Under the pieces are notes generated by a model. It saw only the letters and a list, made by a program, of their open reading frames with translations, ran no database searches and was not told the origin of the DNA. The position numbers and the translations under genes were made by a program. From a virus (lineage: Duplodnaviria; Caudoviricetes): a stretch of 40,750 nt of DNA. This document shows positions 1 to 9,515 of the stretch, piece by piece (position 1 is the first letter of the stretch; each line of letters begins with the position of its first letter). The stretch is taken from IMG/VR virus record IMGVR_UViG_3300020045_004126, positions 1 through 40,750 of that record. One strand, 5' to 3'.

Positions 1-63
1 ATACTATTACTAAAAGATTATTTATATAATAATAAGGGAATATATACACATAAATGCACCCGT
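1..63 (+). repeat. Terminal 63-nt overlap, copy 1 (circular assembly)
   Basis: Identical to 40688-40750. Confidence 0.95.
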
Positions 64-194
64 AAAACGCGTAAAACGCCTATACGCCTTATAAGAGTTT
101 TATGGTTTATGGTTTACAATTCGTCAAAAAACGGCCTTAACGAATTGATTTGCAACGCGTTAAACGAGAAACGTACTCTTTTTTTATGGTTTAC
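1..194. repeat. Origin-like locus A, right part (AT-rich core plus inverted ATGGTTTAC iterons)
   Basis: ATGGTTT 102-108, ATGGTTTAC 109-117 and 186-194; continuous with 40474-40750 across the junction. Confidence 0.7.
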
Positions 195-220
195 ACTTTG
201 TTTCGTTGTGAAGCAATGGA

Positions 221-257
221 AATATTTTTGGTAGTTTGGAATTTATTCGTATGTTTG
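221..257 (+). promoter_or_regulatory. Bacteroidota sigmaA-type promoter upstream of terS
   Basis: TTTG 227-230, 19-nt spacer, TATGTTTG 250-257. Confidence 0.7.
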
Positions 258-274
258 TGGCAAAGATTTAAACC

Positions 275-730
275 ATGGGGGCACCAGCAGGAAATAATTA
301 TTGGCAATTCAGGAACAAGCACGGGCGGAACCACAAGTACACCCCGGAAGCTTTTTGGGAAGAGGCTGAAAAGTATTTCGCATGGATGGCCGAAAGGACT
401 TGGGTAAAGCACGAGGCGATTAAGTCGGGTGATATGGCTGGGGTGCTGATAAAGATACCGACGTCTACACCTATGAGTCTTGAGTCGTTCTGTTTGTTTG
501 CAGATATTGACCGCCAAACGTTTTTGAATTATGAAGAGCACAAAGATTTTGTCGAAGTCTGTTCGCGTATACGCTCAGTTGTTGAGCTGCACCAGTTTGA
601 AGGCGCAACCGTTGGCGCATACAACCCGAGCATAATTGCACGCAAGCTGGGGCTCACTGATAAGACCGACGTAACTACGAACGGCGAAAGTATCAACGTT
701 ATAAACTTGGGCGGCGGTGCTAAACCTTAG
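275..730 (+). CDS. terS: Terminase small subunit (P22 gp3-like)
   Basis: MGAPAGNNYW N-terminus, FEGATVGAYNPSIIARKLGL motif, position near terL. Confidence 0.85.
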   Translation: MGAPAGNNYWQFRNKHGRNHKYTPEAFWEEAEKYFAWMAERTWVKHEAIKSGDMAGVLIKIPTSTPMSLESFCLFADIDRQTFLNYEEHKDFVEVCSRIRSVVELHQFEGATVGAYNPSIIARKLGLTDKTDVTTNGESINVINLGGGAKP

Positions 731-738
731 GTATAGTT

Positions 739-814
739 AAAAATAATTCTTACTTTTTTGCAAAAATAGTTTTGTAGTTTGGAATATTGGTGTATATTTG
801 TACTCAGATAACAA
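739..814 (+). promoter_or_regulatory. Repeated phage promoter with paired AAAAATAnTTTT boxes
   Basis: TTTG 771-774, TATATTTG 793-800; 72/76 identical to 2516-2591. Confidence 0.85.
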
Positions 815-833
815 CAATTAAAGTATCAAAACC

Positions 834-995
834 ATGGCAACAGCAGGCAGCATAATCGAGTACGAAGGAAAAGATATATTAGTAAATAGCGATAACACCT
901 TTACCGCTTACTATTCTAAATATTCTGCCAATCTTGTTAAGGACTTCAAAAAATTAGAGTCTGCTAAAAAGCAAATAGATAAATGGCTTGCCTAA
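834..995 (+). CDS. Small hypothetical protein (53 aa, MATAGSIIEY...)
   Basis: Translated by hand; AAACCATG start right after promoter; TAATG-coupled to next gene. Confidence 0.75.
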   Translation: MATAGSIIEYEGKDILVNSDNTFTAYYSKYSANLVKDFKKLESAKKQIDKWLA

Positions 996-1195
996 TGAAC
1001 TGGATAAAATTTAAAAAGTTATTTCCTAACATTTATGAAGAGGTTAGAGCCTTCGATGCTGAAAATATAACCGTAGATAGTAAAGATTTGATTATAAAAT
1101 ATTTGGCTTCTAAAGGCGTGGCCGAGCCGCTACTACTTATACCTGCCCTATCAAAAATAAATTCTATCCATGGAGCTGCTGCCAAAACAGAATAG
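995..1195 (+). CDS. Small hypothetical protein (66 aa)
   Basis: TAATG-coupled start; overlaps terL start. Confidence 0.65.
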   Translation: MNWIKFKKLFPNIYEEVRAFDAENITVDSKDLIIKYLASKGVAEPLLLIPALSKINSIHGAAAKTE

Positions 1196-2513
1196 CGCTG
1201 TTTACTATCTCAAGGATAAAACTACAGAAGAGATTTTATACGGTGGCGCAGCTGGCGGAGGTAAAAGCGCATTGGGCTGCCTTTGGCTAATAGAGCAATG
1301 CCAAAAATACCCCGGCACCCGCTGGCTAATGGGCCGGAGCAAATTAAAATCCCTTAAGGAGACTACACTCAATACCTTTTTTGAATTGGCAACGCTTTTA
1401 AAGCTGGGGCCGCAATTCAAATACAACGGGCAGGACAACATTATCAACTGGAATAATGGCAGCCAAATACTTCTTAAAGATTTAATGTTGTACCCAAGCG
1501 ATCCAAACTTTGATAGCTTAGGCTCGCTCGAGATTACCGGCGCGTTTATTGACGAGTGTAACCAGGTAACCTATGGCGCGTGGCAGATAGTGAAGAGCCG
1601 TATACGTTACAAGCTAACCGAGTACGGGCTAACGCCTAAAATGCTGGGAACCTGCAACCCTTCAAAAAACTGGACGTATGCCGAGTTCTATAAACCCGCA
1701 AGGGGTAAATCGCTTGACACGCACAGGCGCTTCATACAGAGTTTACCAACCGATAACCCTCACTTACACCCCTCTTACCTGCAATCGTTGCTCAGGCTTG
1801 ACAAAAACAGCCGTGAGCGCCTTTACTTCGGCAACTGGGAGTATGACGACGACCCCGCAACACTTATCGACCATGACAGCATAAGCGATTACTTTGTGCA
1901 AAGTCTGGCAGAGTGTCATGTAAGGCCCGAGGGCCAAAAGTATATGACTATCGACGTGGCCCGTAAAGGCAAAGACAAAACCGTGATACGTGTGTGGCAT
2001 GGGTGGGTAGTGATACACCGCTTTGCCCTGGCGGTGTCAACTATACCGGAGACAATCGCAGCGGCCCGTAAGCTGGCAACCGCTAACGGCGTACCACTGG
2101 GTAACATTATTGCAGATGAAGACGGCGTAGGCGGTGGTGTGGTAGATGGCTTGCGCTGCAAAGGCTTTGTGAATAACAGCAGCCCTCTTGAAATGCTGGA
2201 AGGTACCGTTTATGTTAAGCCTAACTATGACAACCTTAAAAGCCAGTGCAGTATTAAAATGGCAGAGCTAATCGCTGATAAGCTGGCCGCTGAAGTCTGC
2301 GAAGATAGCGAGGTACAGCGTATCACTTCAGAGGAAATGGAGCAGGTAAAGCTGAAAGATATCGACAAAGACGGCAAGCAGGGCGTAATACCGAAGGATA
2401 AAGTTAAAGAGCATATAGGCCGCAGCCCTGACGAGTGGGATAGCATTATGATGCGCTACTGGTTTGCCTTGCGTAAAAACTATACCGCTAAAGTTCGGGT
2501 AGGAAACAGGTAA
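1170..2513 (+). CDS. terL: Terminase large subunit
   Basis: Walker A YGGAAGGGKS, Walker B AFIDE, TCNP coupling motif, nuclease TIDVARKGKD and RSPDEWD. Confidence 0.95.
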   Translation: MELLPKQNSAVYYLKDKTTEEILYGGAAGGGKSALGCLWLIEQCQKYPGTRWLMGRSKLKSLKETTLNTFFELATLLKLGPQFKYNGQDNIINWNNGSQILLKDLMLYPSDPNFDSLGSLEITGAFIDECNQVTYGAWQIVKSRIRYKLTEYGLTPKMLGTCNPSKNWTYAEFYKPARGKSLDTHRRFIQSLPTDNPHLHPSYLQSLLRLDKNSRERLYFGNWEYDDDPATLIDHDSISDYFVQSLAECHVRPEGQKYMTIDVARKGKDKTVIRVWHGWVVIHRFALAVSTIPETIAAARKLATANGVPLGNIIADEDGVGGGVVDGLRCKGFVNNSSPLEMLEGTVYVKPNYDNLKSQCSIKMAELIADKLAAEVCEDSEVQRITSEEMEQVKLKDIDKDGKQGVIPKDKVKEHIGRSPDEWDSIMMRYWFALRKNYTAKVRVGNR

Positions 2514-2515
2514 TT

Positions 2516-2591
2516 AAAAATAATTTTTACTTTTTTACAAAAATAGTTTTGTAGTTTGAAATATCGGTGTATATTTGTACTCAGATAACAA
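2516..2591 (+). promoter_or_regulatory. Repeated phage promoter
   Basis: TTTG 2548-2551, TATATTTG 2570-2577; near-identical to 739-814. Confidence 0.85.
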
Positions 2592-2625
2592 GGCGGCCCG
2601 CCTATCAGGGCTAATTCTTTTCGTT

Positions 2626-2868
2626 ATGTTTTTATCTTTCGTTTCTTCTCGTGTTGCTGCTAACGGTGTATCGTACAACCTTATGTTTGACAAAGGTTTT
2701 AATCAGTACGCTGTTTGCAATCAGGCGGGCGTTACGCTGTTTAAAGCAGAGAGCGAAAGCCTTGCCGCATATGGCATTAGACTTATAGGTAAAGTAGATG
2801 TTTTCGGGCTTCTGCTTACCGAAGAGGGATTTAAGCACTATTGCGGGAAACCCTATATACAGGCGTAA
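2626..2868 (+). CDS. Hypothetical protein (80 aa)
   Basis: First ATG after promoter; TAATG-coupled to next gene. Confidence 0.6.
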   Translation: MFLSFVSSRVAANGVSYNLMFDKGFNQYAVCNQAGVTLFKAESESLAAYGIRLIGKVDVFGLLLTEEGFKHYCGKPYIQA

Positions 2869-3128
2869 TGGATTTAACTTTAGAGCAATTTTGCAAAAAG
2901 GTACGGGCGGTAAGGTTTGTAGAACGAATACAAGTAACCGCCCAATTTAGCCACACAAGGCAGTGCGGACTTACTTACTTTGTTTACGTCTGCACCGATA
3001 CATTAGAGGTTATAAACCCGTTTACTAAAAAGCATTCGGGTAGAAAGTATAAAAGTTTCAGGAGCAGCGTGTTCTCCGACGACGCTAAAAAACAAGCATA
3101 CGATTACATTAAAAGCTTCTCCCATTGA
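2868..3128 (+). CDS. Hypothetical protein (86 aa)
   Basis: TAATG-coupled ATG. Confidence 0.65.
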   Translation: MDLTLEQFCKKVRAVRFVERIQVTAQFSHTRQCGLTYFVYVCTDTLEVINPFTKKHSGRKYKSFRSSVFSDDAKKQAYDYIKSFSH

Positions 3129-3718
3129 AAAGTCCAACCTTAAAACAATACTACGAGAAACCTACAGCCCTTTACACGGGGCTGTTTTCTGCTTTAAAAC
3201 CTAAGAACGGATTTGCAGGGCAGCTACTCAACGTAAACGCTATGCCCTATATCAATACCCGGCACTGCTTAAAACTATTGCAGCGGCCTACGTTAGAGGC
3301 AGCAAAGGAATTGTTTGATGTGTGCTACGGGTATGCCGTTAAGCCGAATATACTTGAACGCCTTAAAAGGCAGGAACCTGAGAAAATAGAAATACCTGAT
3401 AATGTATTTTGGAGCAGGCCGGCTATAGAATATTTTCAGGCTAAAGCATTTATTATTCAGGAATTTACTATCTTAGCCGAGCAGGAGCAAAAGCTATTTG
3501 CTAGCAAGTCAGAAGACGAAGAGCTTTGGCGGCGTGCAGGTAGCGATCGGCTAAAGCCTATGAGCGATATATTACCGCTGGTTAACCTGGGTAAGCTGTT
3601 TAGTGCGTATCCTTTTGACCTGGGCCGCAAGCCATACGGCGAAGTGCTTAACCTGCTCGTAGCCGTTAAAACACAAAGCGAAGTAGAGCAGGATTTTTAT
3701 AAACTTAAAAACAGTTAA
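3125..3718 (+). CDS. Hypothetical protein, possible tail assembly chaperone
   Basis: 197 aa helical ORF with TTG start preceding tail genes; function inferred from position. Confidence 0.55.
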   Translation: MKSPTLKQYYEKPTALYTGLFSALKPKNGFAGQLLNVNAMPYINTRHCLKLLQRPTLEAAKELFDVCYGYAVKPNILERLKRQEPEKIEIPDNVFWSRPAIEYFQAKAFIIQEFTILAEQEQKLFASKSEDEELWRRAGSDRLKPMSDILPLVNLGKLFSAYPFDLGRKPYGEVLNLLVAVKTQSEVEQDFYKLKNS

Positions 3719-3721
3719 ACC

Positions 3722-3838
3722 ATGATATTTGTACCTTTTGGCGTTAATATACCTGAGCAATGGCTAAGGCACGGGCTGCTATCAAACAGAGATGCAGCTT
3801 TCGTATTAAATAATATAGCGTTCCTATGCAGGACATAG
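3722..3838 (+). CDS. Small hypothetical protein (38 aa, MIFVPFGVNI...)
   Basis: AAACCATG start; fills gap between two genes. Confidence 0.55.
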   Translation: MIFVPFGVNIPEQWLRHGLLSNRDAAFVLNNIAFLCRT

Positions 3839-4905
3839 TAAGAATATTGCAGGACATCGCAGAAGGCCGCGGCCTTGAATACCACTACGGTAAGAAAGCT
3901 GCTTTGAATATACTTGACGGCACGCTCAATGTTGATAAAGTTTATATGCTGCATGAGTACACGAACCGCAAAAGCGAATACAATCAAACCGGTACAGGCA
4001 TAACCGCGGTAACGTATGAGGGTAAATTCTTTTTGGTAAAGCACAGCAACCTGGACGCACCGATATTCAACGAAAACGGCAATGAGCCTATAAGTAAATA
4101 TACTTTGAACATCGAGCCGTTGCTTACCTTGTTTGGTGAAATAGGGAACCAGCTGGCCTGTGATAGTATCGCAGTAACGCAATGGGACTGCGTAGACATA
4201 ACCGACGCGCTCGATGCTAATTTTGACGGGCTGCTGATCATCTACCGTATGCGCATAGAAAGTACCTACATACCGGCTACCGGTGGGGGTGGAAATCCTG
4301 GCGGGGGGAGTAGCTTACCAGTAATAACAAACAGCGATACTGGTAATTACTTTACAGTGGGTACTGAGTTAAATTTACAAATAACAGTAAACGCTAACGG
4401 GCATACCGTAAGCGGGTATAATGCCAGTAATTTACCGGAGTACTTAGGTATAGATACGGCGACCGGCTTAATCACTGGCACGCTGCCCGACACCGAAGAC
4501 AATGTAACTTTCGGGTTGCAGGTGCTTTATGATGGCGGGCAAATAACTAAAGGTTATAATTTGCAGGTAGTAGCTTACGACGTGAATACGCTTTCACCCC
4601 CGTATAACCCTGAAGTTACAAGCTACAACACGGTAGGCGTTAGCTTCATATATGAATACGATGTACAACATTACGCACCGGGCTATGAGCGTTTAGAGTT
4701 TTTCATAGATGGCGAACTGTATCGTACTTTTATCGACGGCATGCCGTTCGATATAAACCAGGCAGGGCATAAAGCTGACCTTATGCAGCGGGTACCGCCT
4801 TTACCGGTGCTTACCCCTTTTGAATTTAAGTGTAGGTTTAAATCACAGTCGGGAGCGTACTCAGCTTTTAGCGAAGCGCTTATGATAACCATACCGCAGC
4901 CCTAA
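3826..4905 (+). CDS. Putative tail completion/terminator protein with C-terminal Ig-like domains
   Basis: ~145 aa N-domain, GGGGNPGGGS linker, putative-Ig (He_PIG-like) motif LPEYLGIDTATGLITGT. Confidence 0.55.
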   Translation: MQDIVRILQDIAEGRGLEYHYGKKAALNILDGTLNVDKVYMLHEYTNRKSEYNQTGTGITAVTYEGKFFLVKHSNLDAPIFNENGNEPISKYTLNIEPLLTLFGEIGNQLACDSIAVTQWDCVDITDALDANFDGLLIIYRMRIESTYIPATGGGGNPGGGSSLPVITNSDTGNYFTVGTELNLQITVNANGHTVSGYNASNLPEYLGIDTATGLITGTLPDTEDNVTFGLQVLYDGGQITKGYNLQVVAYDVNTLSPPYNPEVTSYNTVGVSFIYEYDVQHYAPGYERLEFFIDGELYRTFIDGMPFDINQAGHKADLMQRVPPLPVLTPFEFKCRFKSQSGAYSAFSEALMITIPQP

Positions 4906-5390
4906 TGCAAACCGCTGACGAAATATTATTTGATAGCTTCGAGGCTTTACGCCTCAAGCTAATCGAAGCATACGATGCTAAGGGCATGCGATCAAGCGGC
5001 AAATGGGCTGACAGCCTTGAAACGGTTGTAACTGAAAAGATGAACGGCGGTTACCACGCTTCGGTATTAGGCTTACCCTACTCGCAACAACTTGAAACGG
5101 GTAGGCGGCCAGGTAAACAACCGCCGAGCAGTGTAATTATGCAATGGCTAATTGATAAAGGCATAGCAGCACGCCTGCAGGGCGAAATAAGTATTACAAG
5201 CCTTGCATTCCTTATAGCCCGTAAGATCGGCAGGCAGGGGTGGAAACGTGAAGAGTACGGCGGGGTGGAACTTATAAGCGAAGTAGTAACCGCTGAGGCA
5301 ATACAGAAAATAATAGACTCGGTAAGCGCAGCATACCTGCCAACCCTTACCAGCGATATAGTACGACACTTAAAAACGGCAGCAGCATAA
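4905..5390 (+). CDS. Putative neck/tail completion protein
   Basis: LETGRRPGKQPP...WL and AFLIARKIGRQG motifs typical of phage neck proteins. Confidence 0.6.
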   Translation: MQTADEILFDSFEALRLKLIEAYDAKGMRSSGKWADSLETVVTEKMNGGYHASVLGLPYSQQLETGRRPGKQPPSSVIMQWLIDKGIAARLQGEISITSLAFLIARKIGRQGWKREEYGGVELISEVVTAEAIQKIIDSVSAAYLPTLTSDIVRHLKTAAA

Positions 5391-6535
5391 TGGCAATAAT
5401 TTTTATAGACGCACTAAACCCAGATACGTTACGATGGGTATATAATAACCAGGTATTCCGTTTTTACGAAGACAGCGGCACGCCTGCGAAATACTGCGAC
5501 GTTACGAATGCAGGTTTTACCGTGCGGCTATACCCTGCGCCCGATGGTTCGTTTTACATAAACCTTAAACCGTTCTTAGCGGCCTACGCCAATACTGAAA
5601 ACTTTGAAGACAATGTAATACCTGACCTCGACATTGAAGAGGCAGACAGCTTTGTATACAATGGTGCGCCCGGGTTCTACAATTCAGAAATATACACCTT
5701 CACCATAACTTTAGAAGACGACACCGCCGAGGGCTTCCCGGCAACGTTTACGTTTCTGACCGGTGCGCAGCAGATAGGCCAGTACAAGGCGCTGGATAAA
5801 TCAGAGCTGCATGTGCTTACACCGTTATCAGGTTTAGACACAAATACAAATTATGTAAAGTACTGGGAGGGCTACCCATTTGACTTGCCGGTGTACACAC
5901 CCGAAGACAATATTTTTATTTACAATAATACGAACCTGCTTTCTGCAGCATTCTCTACAAATAATTATTATCTTTGTCGACTGTTTTTCAGTGACGGCCG
6001 TACAGACGAAACGATTGAGGAGTTCCTGCCACTTATCATGGGGCAGAACCAGCTTACTATAAATCATTTTGAATTGGGCGGTGTTACCGATAAATTCCTG
6101 ACCGTTGAGAAAGTGCCGCACCGTTGCGGGGTTTACTTTAAATTCCTTAACCAGTCAGCAGGCTTCAGCTATTGGCTTTTTGAAGACACGGCGGCTATCG
6201 ACCGCAGCACTAAATCACTGGGCGACCTGTACAACGATTTCGATAATATCCAAACCACACGGGCCCGTAGCTTGAATATTGGGCAGGCGGTGCAGGATAC
6301 GATAAGAGTAGTAACTGAGATACTTACCGAGCAGGAGGCCGCTATCGTTAGGCAGATACTTGACAGCCCTAAAATTTACATGTTTACCGGCGCACCGTTT
6401 AGCCGCAATGGCAAATATGACTGGCAGGAGGTAACCCTTAAAACTACATCGGCACGGGTGAAGGAGTTTAAAAATAATAAATCGGTTTTCGCCCTTGACT
6501 TTGATTTGCCGCAACGTGATACCGTTACCTTATAA
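5390..6535 (+). CDS. Putative tail (distal tail-like) structural protein
   Basis: Beta-rich 381 aa; FLNQSAGFSYWLF and ILDSPKIY motifs; tail-gene context. Confidence 0.6.
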   Translation: MAIIFIDALNPDTLRWVYNNQVFRFYEDSGTPAKYCDVTNAGFTVRLYPAPDGSFYINLKPFLAAYANTENFEDNVIPDLDIEEADSFVYNGAPGFYNSEIYTFTITLEDDTAEGFPATFTFLTGAQQIGQYKALDKSELHVLTPLSGLDTNTNYVKYWEGYPFDLPVYTPEDNIFIYNNTNLLSAAFSTNNYYLCRLFFSDGRTDETIEEFLPLIMGQNQLTINHFELGGVTDKFLTVEKVPHRCGVYFKFLNQSAGFSYWLFEDTAAIDRSTKSLGDLYNDFDNIQTTRARSLNIGQAVQDTIRVVTEILTEQEAAIVRQILDSPKIYMFTGAPFSRNGKYDWQEVTLKTTSARVKEFKNNKSVFALDFDLPQRDTVTL

Positions 6536-6601
6536 AAATAAGTTTAGGTTTATTACAAAAATAGTTTTATATTTGCGTATAATTTAAAAGCAAAAACCAT
6601 G
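6534..6601 (+). promoter_or_regulatory. Repeated phage promoter and leader
   Basis: TATATTTG 6568-6575; near-identical to 12493-12559. Confidence 0.85.
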
Positions 6602-6997
6602 GAAAATACATTAGAAAATAAAGCACGCTTATTTGCACAATACTTTAACCAAGAAGTACGAGTATGGAAGGAAAAGCCGGATTTATTATGCAATGTCGGT
6701 TATGCTGCCCTACAAAAAGAGGCGCTACCTTATAGCCATATTGAACTCACCCCGCTATCACAAATTACCGATGATGATGCTATTGAGGTGGCTAAATACA
6801 TGGGCTGGGAACAACCAAAAGAACGTGAGGATTTTAGAGAAATAAGAGACCAGCTTATAGTAAAGATAAGACACAATTGGGTTACATGGGTTTGTGTGGA
6901 CTACCTACGCTCAAAAGGCTACGCCTTGCCCTACCAAGATGCACCAGTTGAGCAGCAAATAGCTTACGGCTGGATTAAACTTAAACCGAAAGAATGA
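6599..6997 (+). CDS. Hypothetical accessory protein inserted between tail genes
   Basis: Own promoter, AAACCATG start; DYLRSKGYALP motif. Confidence 0.8.
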   Translation: MENTLENKARLFAQYFNQEVRVWKEKPDLLCNVGYAALQKEALPYSHIELTPLSQITDDDAIEVAKYMGWEQPKEREDFREIRDQLIVKIRHNWVTWVCVDYLRSKGYALPYQDAPVEQQIAYGWIKLKPKE

Positions 6998-9219
6998 TAC
7001 TCTACCTAAACGGCGTTAAGGCCGAGCTTGCACCAGGCACAGTAATTGCGCAGACTAAACAGGTTAATAACCTTGCGTCGATTGATACGCGGCAGGCCAA
7101 TTTCACGAATACGTTCAAACTCCCTAAGACGGCAACCAATACCCGTATTATGGAATATATGGCTATTCCCGGAAATACTACGCTTATACCTTACAATAAA
7201 ATACTTGCAAGCCTGTATGCTGAAAGCGGCGAATGCTTTATTTATAATGGCCGGGCTATTGTTACCGATGCAGGCGAGACTTACGACGTTGCGCTGGTAG
7301 ACGGTATTGTTGATTTGTACAAGGATATAGAGAATAAGGCCCTGTCGGATTTAGTATTGACCGAGATAAGCCACAGCAAAGATGTAGATACAGTGGTGGC
7401 CAGCTTTACCGCAGGGCTGCCCTACCTTTACATTTTGGCAGATTACAACGGCGACCCCGGCGACACTACCCCCGAAACAGGATTGCCACAGGTCAATATT
7501 GATTACCTTGTGCCGAGCGTTAAAGTGTCGTGGTTGTGGGATTTGGTAATGTCAACTTTCGCCGTTACGTATTCAGGCGCGGTATTCAGCACCTTTAACT
7601 TTCAAAACCTTTGGCTTACATTTCCTAAAGGCTTAGGCACAACAGGTGAAAATGACCATCCTGTTTTCCATAGCGACGACTACGCCTTTCAAAGCCCGAA
7701 CGTAAACGGCTATTATTACGCAAAGGTAAACCTTGCAGACCTTAACGAGCTTAATGCCGTAATAGAGAACCGGCATTTAAAAGTTGCCTCTACCGGTACG
7801 TACCGTTTTGAGCTTAAGGGTACACTATACGGAACACGTACGCAGGGCAGCACCCAGCCACAGCCGGCGCACATTCGTATCGTTAAAAACAGTGAGGGCT
7901 TAGACCCGTTAGCGGCATGGGCGAACGGAGCCTTGACACAGAGCAACTACTACGTATTTGGTTCTGACGCTGACAGCCTGGCGTATGGCCTTGAATTTGA
8001 ATTGAGTTCTGCCCCGTTCCAGCTTAACGAGCTTGACAGCGTGGCAGTAGTTATTACAAGAGGCGTAGGCGAAACAGGCAGCTACATATTAAATCCCGCG
8101 GACGACAACGAGCTCGAGGTTACCCTTGTACGCGTTGACCCTAACATAATTGACTTTACCCTGGCCTTTACAGATTTCAGTATAAAGGACTTCATTAACG
8201 AAATAGTGCAACGCTTCGGGCTTACGCTGTTCAAAGATAAGTACAGTAAAAATTACGAGTTCCAAACGCTACAGGAGGTCCTGCAAAATACTAACGTCGT
8301 GGACTGGTCAAAAAAATACCACGGCAAAGACTCCGAGGCCTACGCCTTTGGCAGTTATGCACAACGTAATTTTATGCGCTACACTTACAACGACAAAGAG
8401 GCAAGCCATAGCGATGCGTTTATTCAGGTAGATAATGTAAACCTTGCCGATAGCCGCAGCGTACTGCAAAGTAAGATATACAGCCCCGAGCGCCAGCGTA
8501 CCACGTATATAGGGCAGGAGGGTAATGTTTACAAGTTGTGGGATAAAGAGGTTAAAGAAGACGACACTATAAATTATAAGCAACTCGATAAGCGGTATTA
8601 CCTTATGCGGGCGGACCATGTAAACGATACACCCATAAATATATACTCGCATGCGTTAGGGAATTCTATCGAGGTTACGGCCTACTACCGTGAAAGTTTT
8701 TTGGCCCTGAGCTTTACAGATATTAAGGCGGCATACTATAACCCCCTTGCGGCAATACTTGACCGTACGCAAATTGTTACGGCATACCTTTGGCTAACCG
8801 ATGCGGACATGGTGCCGTTCGACTTTAAAAGCCTTATCTATATCGAGCAACTTTCAAATTATTATTTGGTAAACGCGATACAGAACTACGTCCCGGACAA
8901 GGTAACAAAAGTTGAATTGGTGCGGGTGCTGTATTCAGACACCCCTGTGTTGGCAAACGCTATTGTGCTAGTAGGCATTGCTAAGTTTGCAGACCAGCCT
9001 TCAATAGCGGTAACCTTTACAAAAGATTACGACGGGGGTACTTTAACGCTAGAGCGTTCACTGGATAACGCAACGTGGGCAACTGTAGCCGCTGCGGATT
9101 TAGGTACCGTGTGGGGGCTTGCACTCGTAACGCCTTACCTAGGCACCGGCCTAAACTATTTCAGGATAAACGATACTGCAAACACAGTACTTTCAAACAG
9201 TCAATCCATACTACTATGA
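6994..9219 (+). CDS. Tail tip/hub-like structural protein
   Basis: 741 aa; FTNTFKLPKTATN N-terminal motif of siphovirus tail components; adjacent to tape measure. Confidence 0.7.
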   Translation: MILYLNGVKAELAPGTVIAQTKQVNNLASIDTRQANFTNTFKLPKTATNTRIMEYMAIPGNTTLIPYNKILASLYAESGECFIYNGRAIVTDAGETYDVALVDGIVDLYKDIENKALSDLVLTEISHSKDVDTVVASFTAGLPYLYILADYNGDPGDTTPETGLPQVNIDYLVPSVKVSWLWDLVMSTFAVTYSGAVFSTFNFQNLWLTFPKGLGTTGENDHPVFHSDDYAFQSPNVNGYYYAKVNLADLNELNAVIENRHLKVASTGTYRFELKGTLYGTRTQGSTQPQPAHIRIVKNSEGLDPLAAWANGALTQSNYYVFGSDADSLAYGLEFELSSAPFQLNELDSVAVVITRGVGETGSYILNPADDNELEVTLVRVDPNIIDFTLAFTDFSIKDFINEIVQRFGLTLFKDKYSKNYEFQTLQEVLQNTNVVDWSKKYHGKDSEAYAFGSYAQRNFMRYTYNDKEASHSDAFIQVDNVNLADSRSVLQSKIYSPERQRTTYIGQEGNVYKLWDKEVKEDDTINYKQLDKRYYLMRADHVNDTPINIYSHALGNSIEVTAYYRESFLALSFTDIKAAYYNPLAAILDRTQIVTAYLWLTDADMVPFDFKSLIYIEQLSNYYLVNAIQNYVPDKVTKVELVRVLYSDTPVLANAIVLVGIAKFADQPSIAVTFTKDYDGGTLTLERSLDNATWATVAAADLGTVWGLALVTPYLGTGLNYFRINDTANTVLSNSQSILL

Positions 9220-9509
9220 TAGAGCAATTGCGCAGGGCTGCCCCTTTTATACATTTCGGTTTTGGCGTTGTAGAAATCCCGGATATTGACGCGGATAGTA
9301 TAATCGATGTTTGGCAGGACACGATTTATAATAATGCCTTTTATACAGTATCAGTGTACGCCCCTGACGCGGTTGTGCTATCTGCGGAACTGGGGCGCAT
9401 ACGGTTACAGTTCCCTACTTCGGGGGTTACCACGATTAAAATAATAATCGAGAATACCGCAGGTACCTTAAATTTAGAAAGTAATATGCTACCTTTGGGT
9501 GTAAAATAA
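9216..9509 (+). CDS. Hypothetical protein (97 aa), possibly structural
   Basis: ATGA-coupled start at 9216. Confidence 0.6.
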   Translation: MIEQLRRAAPFIHFGFGVVEIPDIDADSIIDVWQDTIYNNAFYTVSVYAPDAVVLSAELGRIRLQFPTSGVTTIKIIIENTAGTLNLESNMLPLGVK

Positions 9510-9515
9510 AATCCT

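Noticed and set aside
1-63. 63-nt terminal repeat as a biological direct terminal repeat
   Set aside because: Exact, k-mer-sized and cuts through the middle of origin-like locus A; most simply an assembler circularisation overlap
150-407. 85-aa ORF upstream of terS
   Set aside because: TTG start inside the origin/promoter region and overlaps terS out of frame
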